This document shows, one piece after another, positions 26,551 to 34,121 of a stretch of 64,000 nucleotides of DNA. The position numbers and the translations under genes are program-made. Under the pieces are notes generated by a model. The model saw only the letters and a program-made list of their open reading frames with translations. It did not search any database and was not told the origin of the DNA. Position 1 is the first letter of the stretch. Each line of letters begins with the position of its first letter. The stretch lies in the NCBI GenBank assembly GCA_023485845.1, contig JAMCZE010000007.1, positions 11,391 through 75,390 of the forward strand, written 5' to 3'. This DNA is from Patescibacteria group bacterium. Lineage in GTDB: Bacteria; Patescibacteriota; Microgenomatia; JAMCZE01.

Positions 26551-27150
26551 ATGGTGAAACCAGTCGTTCCCGCGGATTCAAGATACATCCCCCTAACGCA
26601 GCAGCCAGCCTGTTGTGTCCCAACATGTATACAGATGATCATGTACCGTCATAATATCCCCCTTATACCGGCGGAAGAGCTTGGATATCATTTGGGACTT
26701 ATCGTTCACCCTGATCGTAAACGTCTCTTTCATAACGTCCGAACATCGACCAAAAAACCCGCCGGAGGATACGGTACGCGGATTTATAAATTGGCATTTG
26801 AACCAAATACAGCGTTTAAGAAACTCGGCATTCCCTTAACATTTGCTTTGAAACCAATTACTCAATTCCGTTCAAAGGATGAATTATATCGTTATCTACA
26901 AACCATGGAAGAACGGGATAAAGATGTGCTTCTTTGTTTCCATCATGGTGCATTGGTGGATGATCCATCGAAAGATTGGGGACATTTGTGCGTCTTTGAT
27001 AGATTGGTGGAGAACAAAATACGTTTGATCGATCCCGGTTATGAAGCTCCAAAATGGAGATTGGTTTCAATGCAGAAGATGTTTGAAGCGATGAGAAAAC
27101 ACGGTGTAAAACAAGCGGCTGGTTGTTGGGAAATTGAACTATCCCATTAA
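26551..27150 (+). CDS. Papain-fold (C39-like) peptidase
   Basis: Q..CC (nucleophile region), GH, and downstream IDP. Confidence 0.65.
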   Translation: MVKPVVPADSRYIPLTQQPACCVPTCIQMIMYRHNIPLIPAEELGYHLGLIVHPDRKRLFHNVRTSTKKPAGGYGTRIYKLAFEPNTAFKKLGIPLTFALKPITQFRSKDELYRYLQTMEERDKDVLLCFHHGALVDDPSKDWGHLCVFDRLVENKIRLIDPGYEAPKWRLVSMQKMFEAMRKHGVKQAAGCWEIELSH

Positions 27151-27269
27151 ATATTGTTCAGACATTTTCTACTGTCGGAAGTGGATAGGATCAGGAAATA
27201 ATTTCTGATTTCTTTGATTCCCCGCAACCCAGGACATTAAAGAAAAAGAGAGTCCGCCTAAGGCGGACT

Positions 27270-27392
27270 TTTTCGTTCTCCTACGAAGCCTATCTGCTCA
27301 AATCCGATGCCGAAGCCCAAGAAAAATACCTTAAAACCAGTATGGGAAAACGAGTCATCAAAAAGCAATTAACTAATTTCCTAAAGTCATAA
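27270..27392 (+). pseudogene. C-terminal remnant of a small GIY-YIG nuclease
   Basis: Manual translation SYEAYLLKSDAEAQEKYLKTSMGKRVIKKQL; no start codon or N-terminus. Confidence 0.7.
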
Positions 27393-27423
27393 CCTCGGAG
27401 CCTCCCAGGGCTACATTTTTGTT

Positions 27424-27636
27424 TTATCGAATAACCGTGTGGCGATGGTGACCCTTCTTTTTTGCTCCCTCTCTCTCACCGGAGACATGCGATTTGGCAT
27501 TACCCTGACCAGCTGTTAATTGGTGAAATATCCTCGCCTTTTTCTTCTTTGAAGCCTGACGATCGGGTAATACATCTAGAGTGACATCATCGGCAATATT
27601 GCCGATCTTATTAATAAGACTATCTAGTTGTTCCAT
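27424..27636 (-). CDS. Hypothetical protein
   Basis: 70 aa, SD-like AAGGA, 3 nt from the upstream stop. Confidence 0.45.
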   Translation of the reverse strand: MEQLDSLINKIGNIADDVTLDVLPDRQASKKKKARIFHQLTAGQGNAKSHVSGEREGAKKKGHHRHTVIR

Positions 27637-27639
27637 AAT

Positions 27640-27915
27640 TTAATCCTTCTTTTTGTGCCGAGATGGTAATCTGACAGTGATTCTAATGTCCTCTTCCTTC
27701 CACATTGCCAGCCGAGCCATCGAGCTGAACCACCAAACAAGAGGACGGGCCAAACGGCTGCCGCTCTCCTGCATATCTCCGGCCATTTGCAAATAACCGT
27801 CAATCTTCACATTGGGGTTATTGGAGTTTGTCAGTCGATTATCGCCCCACACCGCCCGCTCTCTGGTTTCATAAAGCCGCTTTAAATCGTCACCTTCGTT
27901 TTGTTCTTGGTTCAT
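27640..27915 (-). CDS. Hypothetical protein
   Basis: 91-aa ORF. Confidence 0.45.
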   Translation of the reverse strand: MNQEQNEGDDLKRLYETRERAVWGDNRLTNSNNPNVKIDGYLQMAGDMQESGSRLARPLVWWFSSMARLAMWKEEDIRITVRLPSRHKKKD

Positions 27916-28014
27916 AAAGTTAATAATTTTGCCGAGTTTATCATAATCCCGGCATTTTGGTCTACCATATATGACATTTTGATGTTCTACCTAATCCTGT
28001 AGTATAATCTATTA

Positions 28015-28698
28015 ATGACCACCGCGGAAAACAAAGACCTTGTTAAACTAGCAATTAATCTTAATAAGGAGCTGGGAAAGAAAACACCGGCATATAAACT
28101 GCTGCCGGAGATTCGAGCCTTTCCCAAACCAATTTTAGTGGACTATAATGAAACCCTTGTTGGTAACAGCGAGGCTCCGTTAGTGGCCAATCCTGAAGCA
28201 AGCTCTTTCCTTGATCGGGTTAGGGAAACAGGAACAGTTTTCGTTTTGACCTCAAATATGCATCCCGATCGCGTCCACACTACTCTGGAGCGCCTGGATT
28301 TATGGCGAAAAGGAATGATTGTTATGACACCGCCTAATTACGATTTTTTGATAGCCCTAGAAGAAGCCTACTGGGGGCAGTATCAAGGCCCAGCAGCAGT
28401 GCTGCAAGCCGCCGAGAAAATAACTGATGAGTTTATTGCCTTACACAAACTGCCGTCAGACCGGTTAGTCTTCGCCAAGCCGCCAGCATATAAAACCATT
28501 GCCCCAATTTTCGGAAAACCATTTGATATTCCCCTCGTGGACGACAGTGCTGCCGCCACTGTCAATAATCTGGGAATATTTGGGCTGACTGCGAAGATGT
28601 TCACCCCTAACTCTGAAGAGCTTTGGGAAGGAGACTACGACCGACTATCTTTAACCCAGGCAGCCGACCGGATAATTGATTACTACCGTAAATTTTAG
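28015..28698 (+). CDS. HAD-like fold protein
   Basis: LVDYNETL, VLTSN and LVDDS resemble HAD motifs I, II and IV; TATAAT 6 nt upstream. Confidence 0.6.
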   Translation: MTTAENKDLVKLAINLNKELGKKTPAYKLLPEIRAFPKPILVDYNETLVGNSEAPLVANPEASSFLDRVRETGTVFVLTSNMHPDRVHTTLERLDLWRKGMIVMTPPNYDFLIALEEAYWGQYQGPAAVLQAAEKITDEFIALHKLPSDRLVFAKPPAYKTIAPIFGKPFDIPLVDDSAAATVNNLGIFGLTAKMFTPNSEELWEGDYDRLSLTQAADRIIDYYRKF

Positions 28699-28723
28699 CT
28701 GTGATGAAGTATAGTTAATTTAT

Positions 28724-29554
28724 ATGGGAGAGTTGACCAAGAGCCAAGATGAACAGGTAAGCGACCCTTTAGTCGAGGAACTTATCAAAAGTATCCCCGC
28801 TAAAGATAGGCAATCAGCTATCCAGCAAGCCTCCGCCAGAAGACAGGAACTCATTCTCAAAGTCTGGATTGAAGAGAGGACTAAACTCAATTCAAAAGAA
28901 ATAAACAAATTGGGATTAACTCAGGATTTAGCCGGGTGGGAAAAATATTTGCGATGGTGTTTCGAGCAAGAGGACAAATTCCGGAAGAAATACGGCTTTG
29001 ATGACTGGAGCCGGAAATACCTCGCCCAGATGCTTTCCGATCGCCAAGAGGATGTTCACAAAATTGAGAGAGAATCAAAATATATTCGATTTTTTGGCAA
29101 AACCAGCTTTCGGGAGTATTACTTCAATGGATCCGGGGTTAATCCGGAAATTTGGATGGGTCCGGCCGCTGTCGAGATTGACTCCAATAGCCTTCTGGTT
29201 CATTCCATTAATTCGTTCGCGCTGTCCAAGGTGGCTCACTCCGGCTTTGTCGGCCGTGGCGGCAACTCAATGGCTGCCATGTGTCAAGACCGGGTGGTCT
29301 ATGACCGAGGCTATATAATCATCTGGCAAACCAATGAACTGGAAGCGGCCGGCTATCCCCTAATGCGGATAAATGAAGACCCAAGAGATGCAAAAATCCT
29401 TAAAGAATGGCGGTCCCCGGTGCCGGTTGATGTCCACCTGGCCCGGCTGATTGTCCCCACCAGTGATATTCCCGATCGGGAAAACGCTTCGCGGGCCCAA
29501 ATTGCCACTTCATATTTTGGCGAAGAATATCTGCGACAAATCCCCAGGCTATAG
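28724..29554 (+). CDS. Hypothetical protein
   Basis: 276-aa ORF with no motif recognised. Confidence 0.6.
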   Translation: MGELTKSQDEQVSDPLVEELIKSIPAKDRQSAIQQASARRQELILKVWIEERTKLNSKEINKLGLTQDLAGWEKYLRWCFEQEDKFRKKYGFDDWSRKYLAQMLSDRQEDVHKIERESKYIRFFGKTSFREYYFNGSGVNPEIWMGPAAVEIDSNSLLVHSINSFALSKVAHSGFVGRGGNSMAAMCQDRVVYDRGYIIIWQTNELEAAGYPLMRINEDPRDAKILKEWRSPVPVDVHLARLIVPTSDIPDRENASRAQIATSYFGEEYLRQIPRL

Positions 29555-29688
29555 CCTTAATGCTAAGCCAAAAAGTAATTTCTTATTTCTTTTATTCCCC
29601 GCAGCTGAGGGCATTAAGAAAATGTTAGCCATTCACTACTTGACTTTGTCCAAATAAAAGAGTATTCTTTACATATCCAGACAATTCT

Positions 29689-30390
29689 ATGGCAAGGAGC
29701 TTATTTAAAAACAGGGCAATTGAACTACGCAGACATGGCCGAAGTGTTAAAGACATTGCCCAAGAACTAGGGGTCGCTAAGAGCACTGCCTCATTATGGG
29801 TTCGCGATGTTATCCTTACTATTGAGCAGCTCGAACAATTAAAGAAAAGCCAAATAAAAGGCCGCGAACGAGGAAGAATTATTGGAGCACTAGTGCAAAA
29901 GCAGGCACGACTAAAGCGTATTGAAGAGGCCAAAGTGGAGGGGCGACGAACCATCTCTTCAATTTCCAAAAGGGAGATGTTGCTTGTTGGACTGGCCCTC
30001 TATGCCGGAGAAGGAAATAAAACCAGAGAGGTTAGATTTTGTAATTCTGATCCAAAAATTATTAATTTTATGATCAATTGGTTGATTATCTGTTTTGGGA
30101 TTAACAGAAACCAAATCAGGCTCGCGGTGGGAATAAACGAAGCCCATCGGTCCAGAGAGCTATTAGTTAAAGACTACTGGTCAAAAACCACAAACCTACC
30201 ATTATCGTGCTTTGTAAAAACGAGCTTCAAAAAGACCTCAAGCCATAAAATCTACGAAAACTTTAATGAACACTTTGGCACTTTAGATGTAAGAATTTTG
30301 CAGTCGAAGGGACTTTACTATAAAATAGGCGGGTTAATTGAGGCACTTTTAGGCCAGGGTAGCTCAGTGGTAGTAGCACGTATTTCATAA
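29689..30390 (+). CDS. HTH + LAGLIDADG-like protein overlapping a tRNA
   Basis: N-terminal HTH (SVKDIAQELGVAKSTASLW); LLVGLALYAGEG...FCNSD resembles a LAGLIDADG helix and strand. Confidence 0.7.
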   Translation: MARSLFKNRAIELRRHGRSVKDIAQELGVAKSTASLWVRDVILTIEQLEQLKKSQIKGRERGRIIGALVQKQARLKRIEEAKVEGRRTISSISKREMLLVGLALYAGEGNKTREVRFCNSDPKIINFMINWLIICFGINRNQIRLAVGINEAHRSRELLVKDYWSKTTNLPLSCFVKTSFKKTSSHKIYENFNEHFGTLDVRILQSKGLYYKIGGLIEALLGQGSSVVVARIS

Positions 30391-30425
30391 GTACGCTGTC
30401 GGGAGTTCGATTCTCCCCCCTGGCA
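30353..30425 (+). tRNA. tRNA-Met(CAT), elongator-type
   Basis: GCCAGGG/CCCTGGC acceptor, CGTAT-TTCATAA-GTACG anticodon arm, TTCGATT T loop. Confidence 0.93.
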
Positions 30426-30797
30426 CTAGAAAATTAATTTGGCCCATTTTTGCCAATTCGGGGTGGCGTCGGGGGAAGCGGCCGGAGCAGCCACTCCCAA
30501 AAGACTTTGGTCAATCACCACCACCTGCTCCCCCGGTTTAGACAGGCCCAAATCATCCCGGGCGACTTTCTCCAAATAGTCCGGTGCCGCCACTTTATTT
30601 TTCTCCCGAAGCAGATCATCCCGTTCCTTATTAAGTTGCGCCAGCTCGGTTTGCCGGCTGGTGAGTTTGTCTTTAGCATGATAGAGGTCCACCATCGAAC
30701 CCAGGGTGGTCACGATTAAATAGACACAAATAATCACCGCTGCCCAGCGAATAACTCGGTATTGAAATTTGCCCCCGTAATTGTTATTATGGGTCAT
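30426..30797 (-). CDS. Septum formation initiator (FtsB/DivIC family)
   Basis: TM, coiled coil, YLEKVARDDLGLSKPGE. Confidence 0.88.
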   Translation of the reverse strand: MTHNNNYGGKFQYRVIRWAAVIICVYLIVTTLGSMVDLYHAKDKLTSRQTELAQLNKERDDLLREKNKVAAPDYLEKVARDDLGLSKPGEQVVVIDQSLLGVAAPAASPDATPNWQKWAKLIF

Positions 30798-31649
30798 ATG
30801 GAGCTTTCTGACTATCTCGACAAGTTTGTGGCCTTCCTTCGCTCCTCGAAAAAAGCGTCGGCCACCACCATTGCCTACAAAAAAGACATCGATCAGTTGT
30901 TAGCATACCTCAAAAAGGCCGGGCGAACAAACATCAAGGCCGTGACCACCGACGATCTTAATGGCTTTTTGGCCCTGCTCTCCTCTCAAAACTACACCCC
31001 TAAGTCCGTTTCCCGTAAGATTAACTCGATTAAAACTTTCTACCGCTTTCTGGTGTTGAATAAAGACACGGACAATAACGTGGCCGCTGCTATCACCCAC
31101 CCGAAGTTTGATAATAAAGCGCCGCGGATTTTAACCCGGATGGAATATCGGGCGGTGCGCGACGCCTGCCGGGAAGACGCCCGGATTGCCGCCGTGGTGG
31201 AGCTGCTGCTTCAAACCGGGATGCGCATCGGGGAATTGGCCGCTTTAACCCTGGGCAGTATTAGCGACAATTTTGTTAAAATCCCCGCCATTGAAGGCCA
31301 CCCAGAGCGCGAAGTGCCGCTGAACAAAGCCGCCAAGACGGCCTTGGATCACTATCTAACCATCCGGCCAAAAGTGAAATCGGACGCCCTGTTCATCACC
31401 AAAACCGGCCGGCCGCTCTTGATTCGCAACATCAGAACCGCCATTGACCGCTATTTCAAGATTGCGGGCATTGCCGGCGCCAAAGTTAACGACCTGCGGC
31501 ACACCTTTATTGCCCACCACCTGGCCGCCGGCGCTTCCCCAATTTTGGTGTCCAAACTGGTCGGTCACAAACGCATCTCCACCACAGAAAAATATCTGGA
31601 GTTTATCAAAGACCTCCCGGCCCAAAAAGTTAAATTGGAAGAACTCTAA
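30798..31649 (+). CDS. XerC/D-family tyrosine recombinase
   Basis: SAM-like N-domain, TGMRIGEL, NDLRHT, LVGH and TEKY. Confidence 0.9.
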   Translation: MELSDYLDKFVAFLRSSKKASATTIAYKKDIDQLLAYLKKAGRTNIKAVTTDDLNGFLALLSSQNYTPKSVSRKINSIKTFYRFLVLNKDTDNNVAAAITHPKFDNKAPRILTRMEYRAVRDACREDARIAAVVELLLQTGMRIGELAALTLGSISDNFVKIPAIEGHPEREVPLNKAAKTALDHYLTIRPKVKSDALFITKTGRPLLIRNIRTAIDRYFKIAGIAGAKVNDLRHTFIAHHLAAGASPILVSKLVGHKRISTTEKYLEFIKDLPAQKVKLEEL

Positions 31650-32590
31650 CGTCGTCCCACAATAAGATCAACCATTCCTCGGACCCAGATGCCATAAACT
31701 TCGGCCGCAGTGTCCAAATCGGTGTCCGCCGAAACCTCAACTGCCACACTGTCCTTCACTCCCAATAACCGAGTGAGATCGGTAACTGTTCCGTCATAAC
31801 GATCAGTGACATTACCACGGCCATCAGTCCAAGCCGGTGTTGCCAAGCCAGAAAGTATTTTCTTGTTTGTCCACAACGGAACAACCCCCGCGACGTTATC
31901 AAGTATTGAATTAAAGCGATTTGGGTCACCAAAAATATATTGGTAGCTGGCCGGACAATCAACATCCGTGTCCTCCTGGGTTCGCCTATCCACATGGCAG
32001 TCAACTACAGCTTTTATCCGACCACGAAAGTCACCCTCCCACCAGTTCTTTGTTAAAATATTGCTTAAAAGCCTTGTTTCTTCCGGCAATTTTTGCTCTG
32101 AATCGGCTGCCCACCACCATGATGCCACTTTATTTTCATCTTCACCACCAAGATCATCAACTATTCGACCATCAGTCAAAAAATAGCGAACAAAATCGTT
32201 GTTAGCTACTGGGTCTTCGACCGGAGTGTCAGCATTATACCTGGTTCCCTGTCGGGCTCCGGATTCGTTCACTAATAAGTAGGCCCTCACACCCACCCTA
32301 TTTTTGTGAGCATAATTAACAACTTCGTTAAGTTTCACCGCCGAACCCAGAAAAGCGTGGGGTTCATTCCCATGGAAACCAGCCGTCCAGACAAGGGCGG
32401 CCTTATAAAAGCCAAACTCTTTTGAGGTGATTTCTAACAACTGATGACGCCCGGAGTGATAATTTAGAGGATGAGAACATATGTCTAAGTCTTTCCTGTC
32501 TTCAACCTGTGTCAGGAGATACGCATGGTAATTTCTAAGATCAACCTTACCGTCACGCACAACGTCCTTGGCCAACTCCGATGCTTTCAT
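31646..32590 (-). CDS. M14-like zinc hydrolase (carboxypeptidase/deacylase)
   Basis: AGFHGNEP (HxxE), DCH and C-terminal VEV. Confidence 0.7.
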   Translation of the reverse strand: MKASELAKDVVRDGKVDLRNYHAYLLTQVEDRKDLDICSHPLNYHSGRHQLLEITSKEFGFYKAALVWTAGFHGNEPHAFLGSAVKLNEVVNYAHKNRVGVRAYLLVNESGARQGTRYNADTPVEDPVANNDFVRYFLTDGRIVDDLGGEDENKVASWWWAADSEQKLPEETRLLSNILTKNWWEGDFRGRIKAVVDCHVDRRTQEDTDVDCPASYQYIFGDPNRFNSILDNVAGVVPLWTNKKILSGLATPAWTDGRGNVTDRYDGTVTDLTRLLGVKDSVAVEVSADTDLDTAAEVYGIWVRGMVDLIVGRR

Positions 32591-32604
32591 AACTGTGTAT
32601 CTTA

Positions 32605-32865
32605 CTACGCTGTTTCCACACTGTCGCCCTCTTTGACCGGCTGGTCAACTTTGATGGCCACATCGTCGCCCTTTTTGGCCTCCTGGACTTGCTCGTGTTC
32701 GATCTGCATTGAGGCCACCGTTTGAGTTAATTCCTTGCCGTGTCCGGTGATTTTCACCGTGTCTCCGACCGCCAGCGGGCCGGAGAGCTTCAGCGCCGCC
32801 ACCCCGATTTGGTCGAAATAATGGGCCACTTTGCCAATTACTTTTGCTTTTGCCATTCTCTTCAC
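32605..32865 (-). CDS. Translation-factor domain II-like beta-barrel protein
   Basis: GKVAHYF...VASMQIEH...AKKGDDVAIKV. Confidence 0.85.
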   Translation of the reverse strand: MKRMAKAKVIGKVAHYFDQIGVAALKLSGPLAVGDTVKITGHGKELTQTVASMQIEHEQVQEAKKGDDVAIKVDQPVKEGDSVETA

Positions 32866-32918
32866 CCCCGATCCAGTCTTATTCTACCACTAGCATTAAA
32901 ATTGGTATAATTAGAGAT

Positions 32919-32990
32919 GGAACCGTAGCTCAACGGTAGAGCAAATGTCTTATACACATTACGTTGGAGGTTCGAATCCTCCCGGTTCCA
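32919..32990 (+). tRNA. tRNA-Ile(TAT)
   Basis: GGAACCG/CGGTTCC acceptor, AATGT-CTTATAC-ACATT anticodon arm, TTCGAAT T loop; TATAAT just upstream. Confidence 0.92.
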
Positions 32991-33539
32991 CTAAACTTCC
33001 ACTTTTATATACCCTCCTTTTTGCAAATAGCCCTGGACGCCTTCACTGACAGCGTATATGTCTTTGCCTTCCAAGCTATATTTTAAAACCATAATCGGGT
33101 CGCCGTGGGAAACAGCAATGACATTGTGGTCTTTATGCTTTTGAGCAATTTCATCTAAAAATGATCTCATCCGCGCTGCCACCTCTTCTGGCTTCTCTCC
33201 TCTTTCCAACTGTTGGGGAAAACGATAAAGACTTTTCTCTCCGCGCATCTTTTCAAACTCGTCCTTATCCATTCCTTGAAATGGAGATTTTAGTTCAATT
33301 AAGCGGTCGTCAACGGTCACCGGCAAGTTTAGTTTCTCCCCGATAATCGCCGCCGACTCCCGACAGCGCTGAACAGGACTGGTGTAGATAGCCGCAATGT
33401 TTTTGGCAGAAAACTGGTCGGCCAGGGTCTCGATTTGCGCCCGACCCACGGCACTTAGGGCAAACCCGGGCAACCACAGGGGGACAATATTTTTGGGGTT
33501 CTCAATTTCTCCGTGGCGGACAAAATAAACAGTGGTCAT
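32991..33539 (-). CDS. Histidine phosphatase family protein
   Basis: RHGE, SP..R and SHG motifs. Confidence 0.92.
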   Translation of the reverse strand: MTTVYFVRHGEIENPKNIVPLWLPGFALSAVGRAQIETLADQFSAKNIAAIYTSPVQRCRESAAIIGEKLNLPVTVDDRLIELKSPFQGMDKDEFEKMRGEKSLYRFPQQLERGEKPEEVAARMRSFLDEIAQKHKDHNVIAVSHGDPIMVLKYSLEGKDIYAVSEGVQGYLQKGGYIKVEV

Positions 33540-33541
33540 TC

Positions 33542-33829
33542 TTAACCGGCTGCTAATTTGAGATCCTCGTTGGCCTTTTCCATCAGCCACATCCGCGCCA
33601 GGGTGGACACATCCAATCCTTTACGTCGGGCAATTTGCTTGAGTCTATTTTTAAAAGCCATTTGCAGGCGCAACACCAAACTGGCCTCCCGCGGTCCGTC
33701 CAGTTCAAAAACTAAATCCACATCCTTCCATTTATCCCAATAATCCGCCAGGCTGTGAGTGTCCCAAAACTCCGCCTCCTCTTTATAATTCTTAAATTTA
33801 GGAATCGGGTCATTTTTTTTCTTTTTCAT
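33542..33829 (-). CDS. BrnA/CopG-like antitoxin
   Basis: IPKFK..EEAEFWDTH plus C-terminal RHH. Confidence 0.85.
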   Translation of the reverse strand: MKKKKNDPIPKFKNYKEEAEFWDTHSLADYWDKWKDVDLVFELDGPREASLVLRLQMAFKNRLKQIARRKGLDVSTLARMWLMEKANEDLKLAAG

Positions 33830-34088
33830 AAACTTTCATCCTTTCTTCCCTGCTCGCATCCCGAGCCGTGACTACAAAATAGTGACCGGTTTTCTCGCGA
33901 TTAACGATCACGGCGATTATCCTTGTCCCGCTTCGGCCCATCGCGATATACCTTCCGGCGTATCCCCGTTTATGAGCGATCAGGTTCTTCGCCGCTTCTT
34001 CCGCTTCCGCCACCGAAACACGGTGTTTCTTAATGTGCTCTTTGGTCCAGTTTCGCCAGGTTAATTTCTTAATCTTAATCCTCGTCAT
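33810..34088 (-). CDS. BrnT-like ribonuclease toxin
   Basis: W...HIKKHRVS..E and VVTARDA...E motifs; overlaps the antitoxin. Confidence 0.85.
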   Translation of the reverse strand: MTRIKIKKLTWRNWTKEHIKKHRVSVAEAEEAAKNLIAHKRGYAGRYIAMGRSGTRIIAVIVNREKTGHYFVVTARDASREERMKVYEKEKK

Positions 34089-34121
34089 TATTGTATTACA
34101 CTGTGATACAAAAGTCAAGAA

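Larger units (their letters stand above)
21351..27228. mobile_element. Integrated serine-recombinase element (phage-satellite-like) at the tRNA-Met 3' end
   Basis: Recombinase abuts the tRNA; CCCCGCAAC direct repeat at 21351-21359 and 27220-27228; XRE and terS-like genes inside. Confidence 0.72.
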
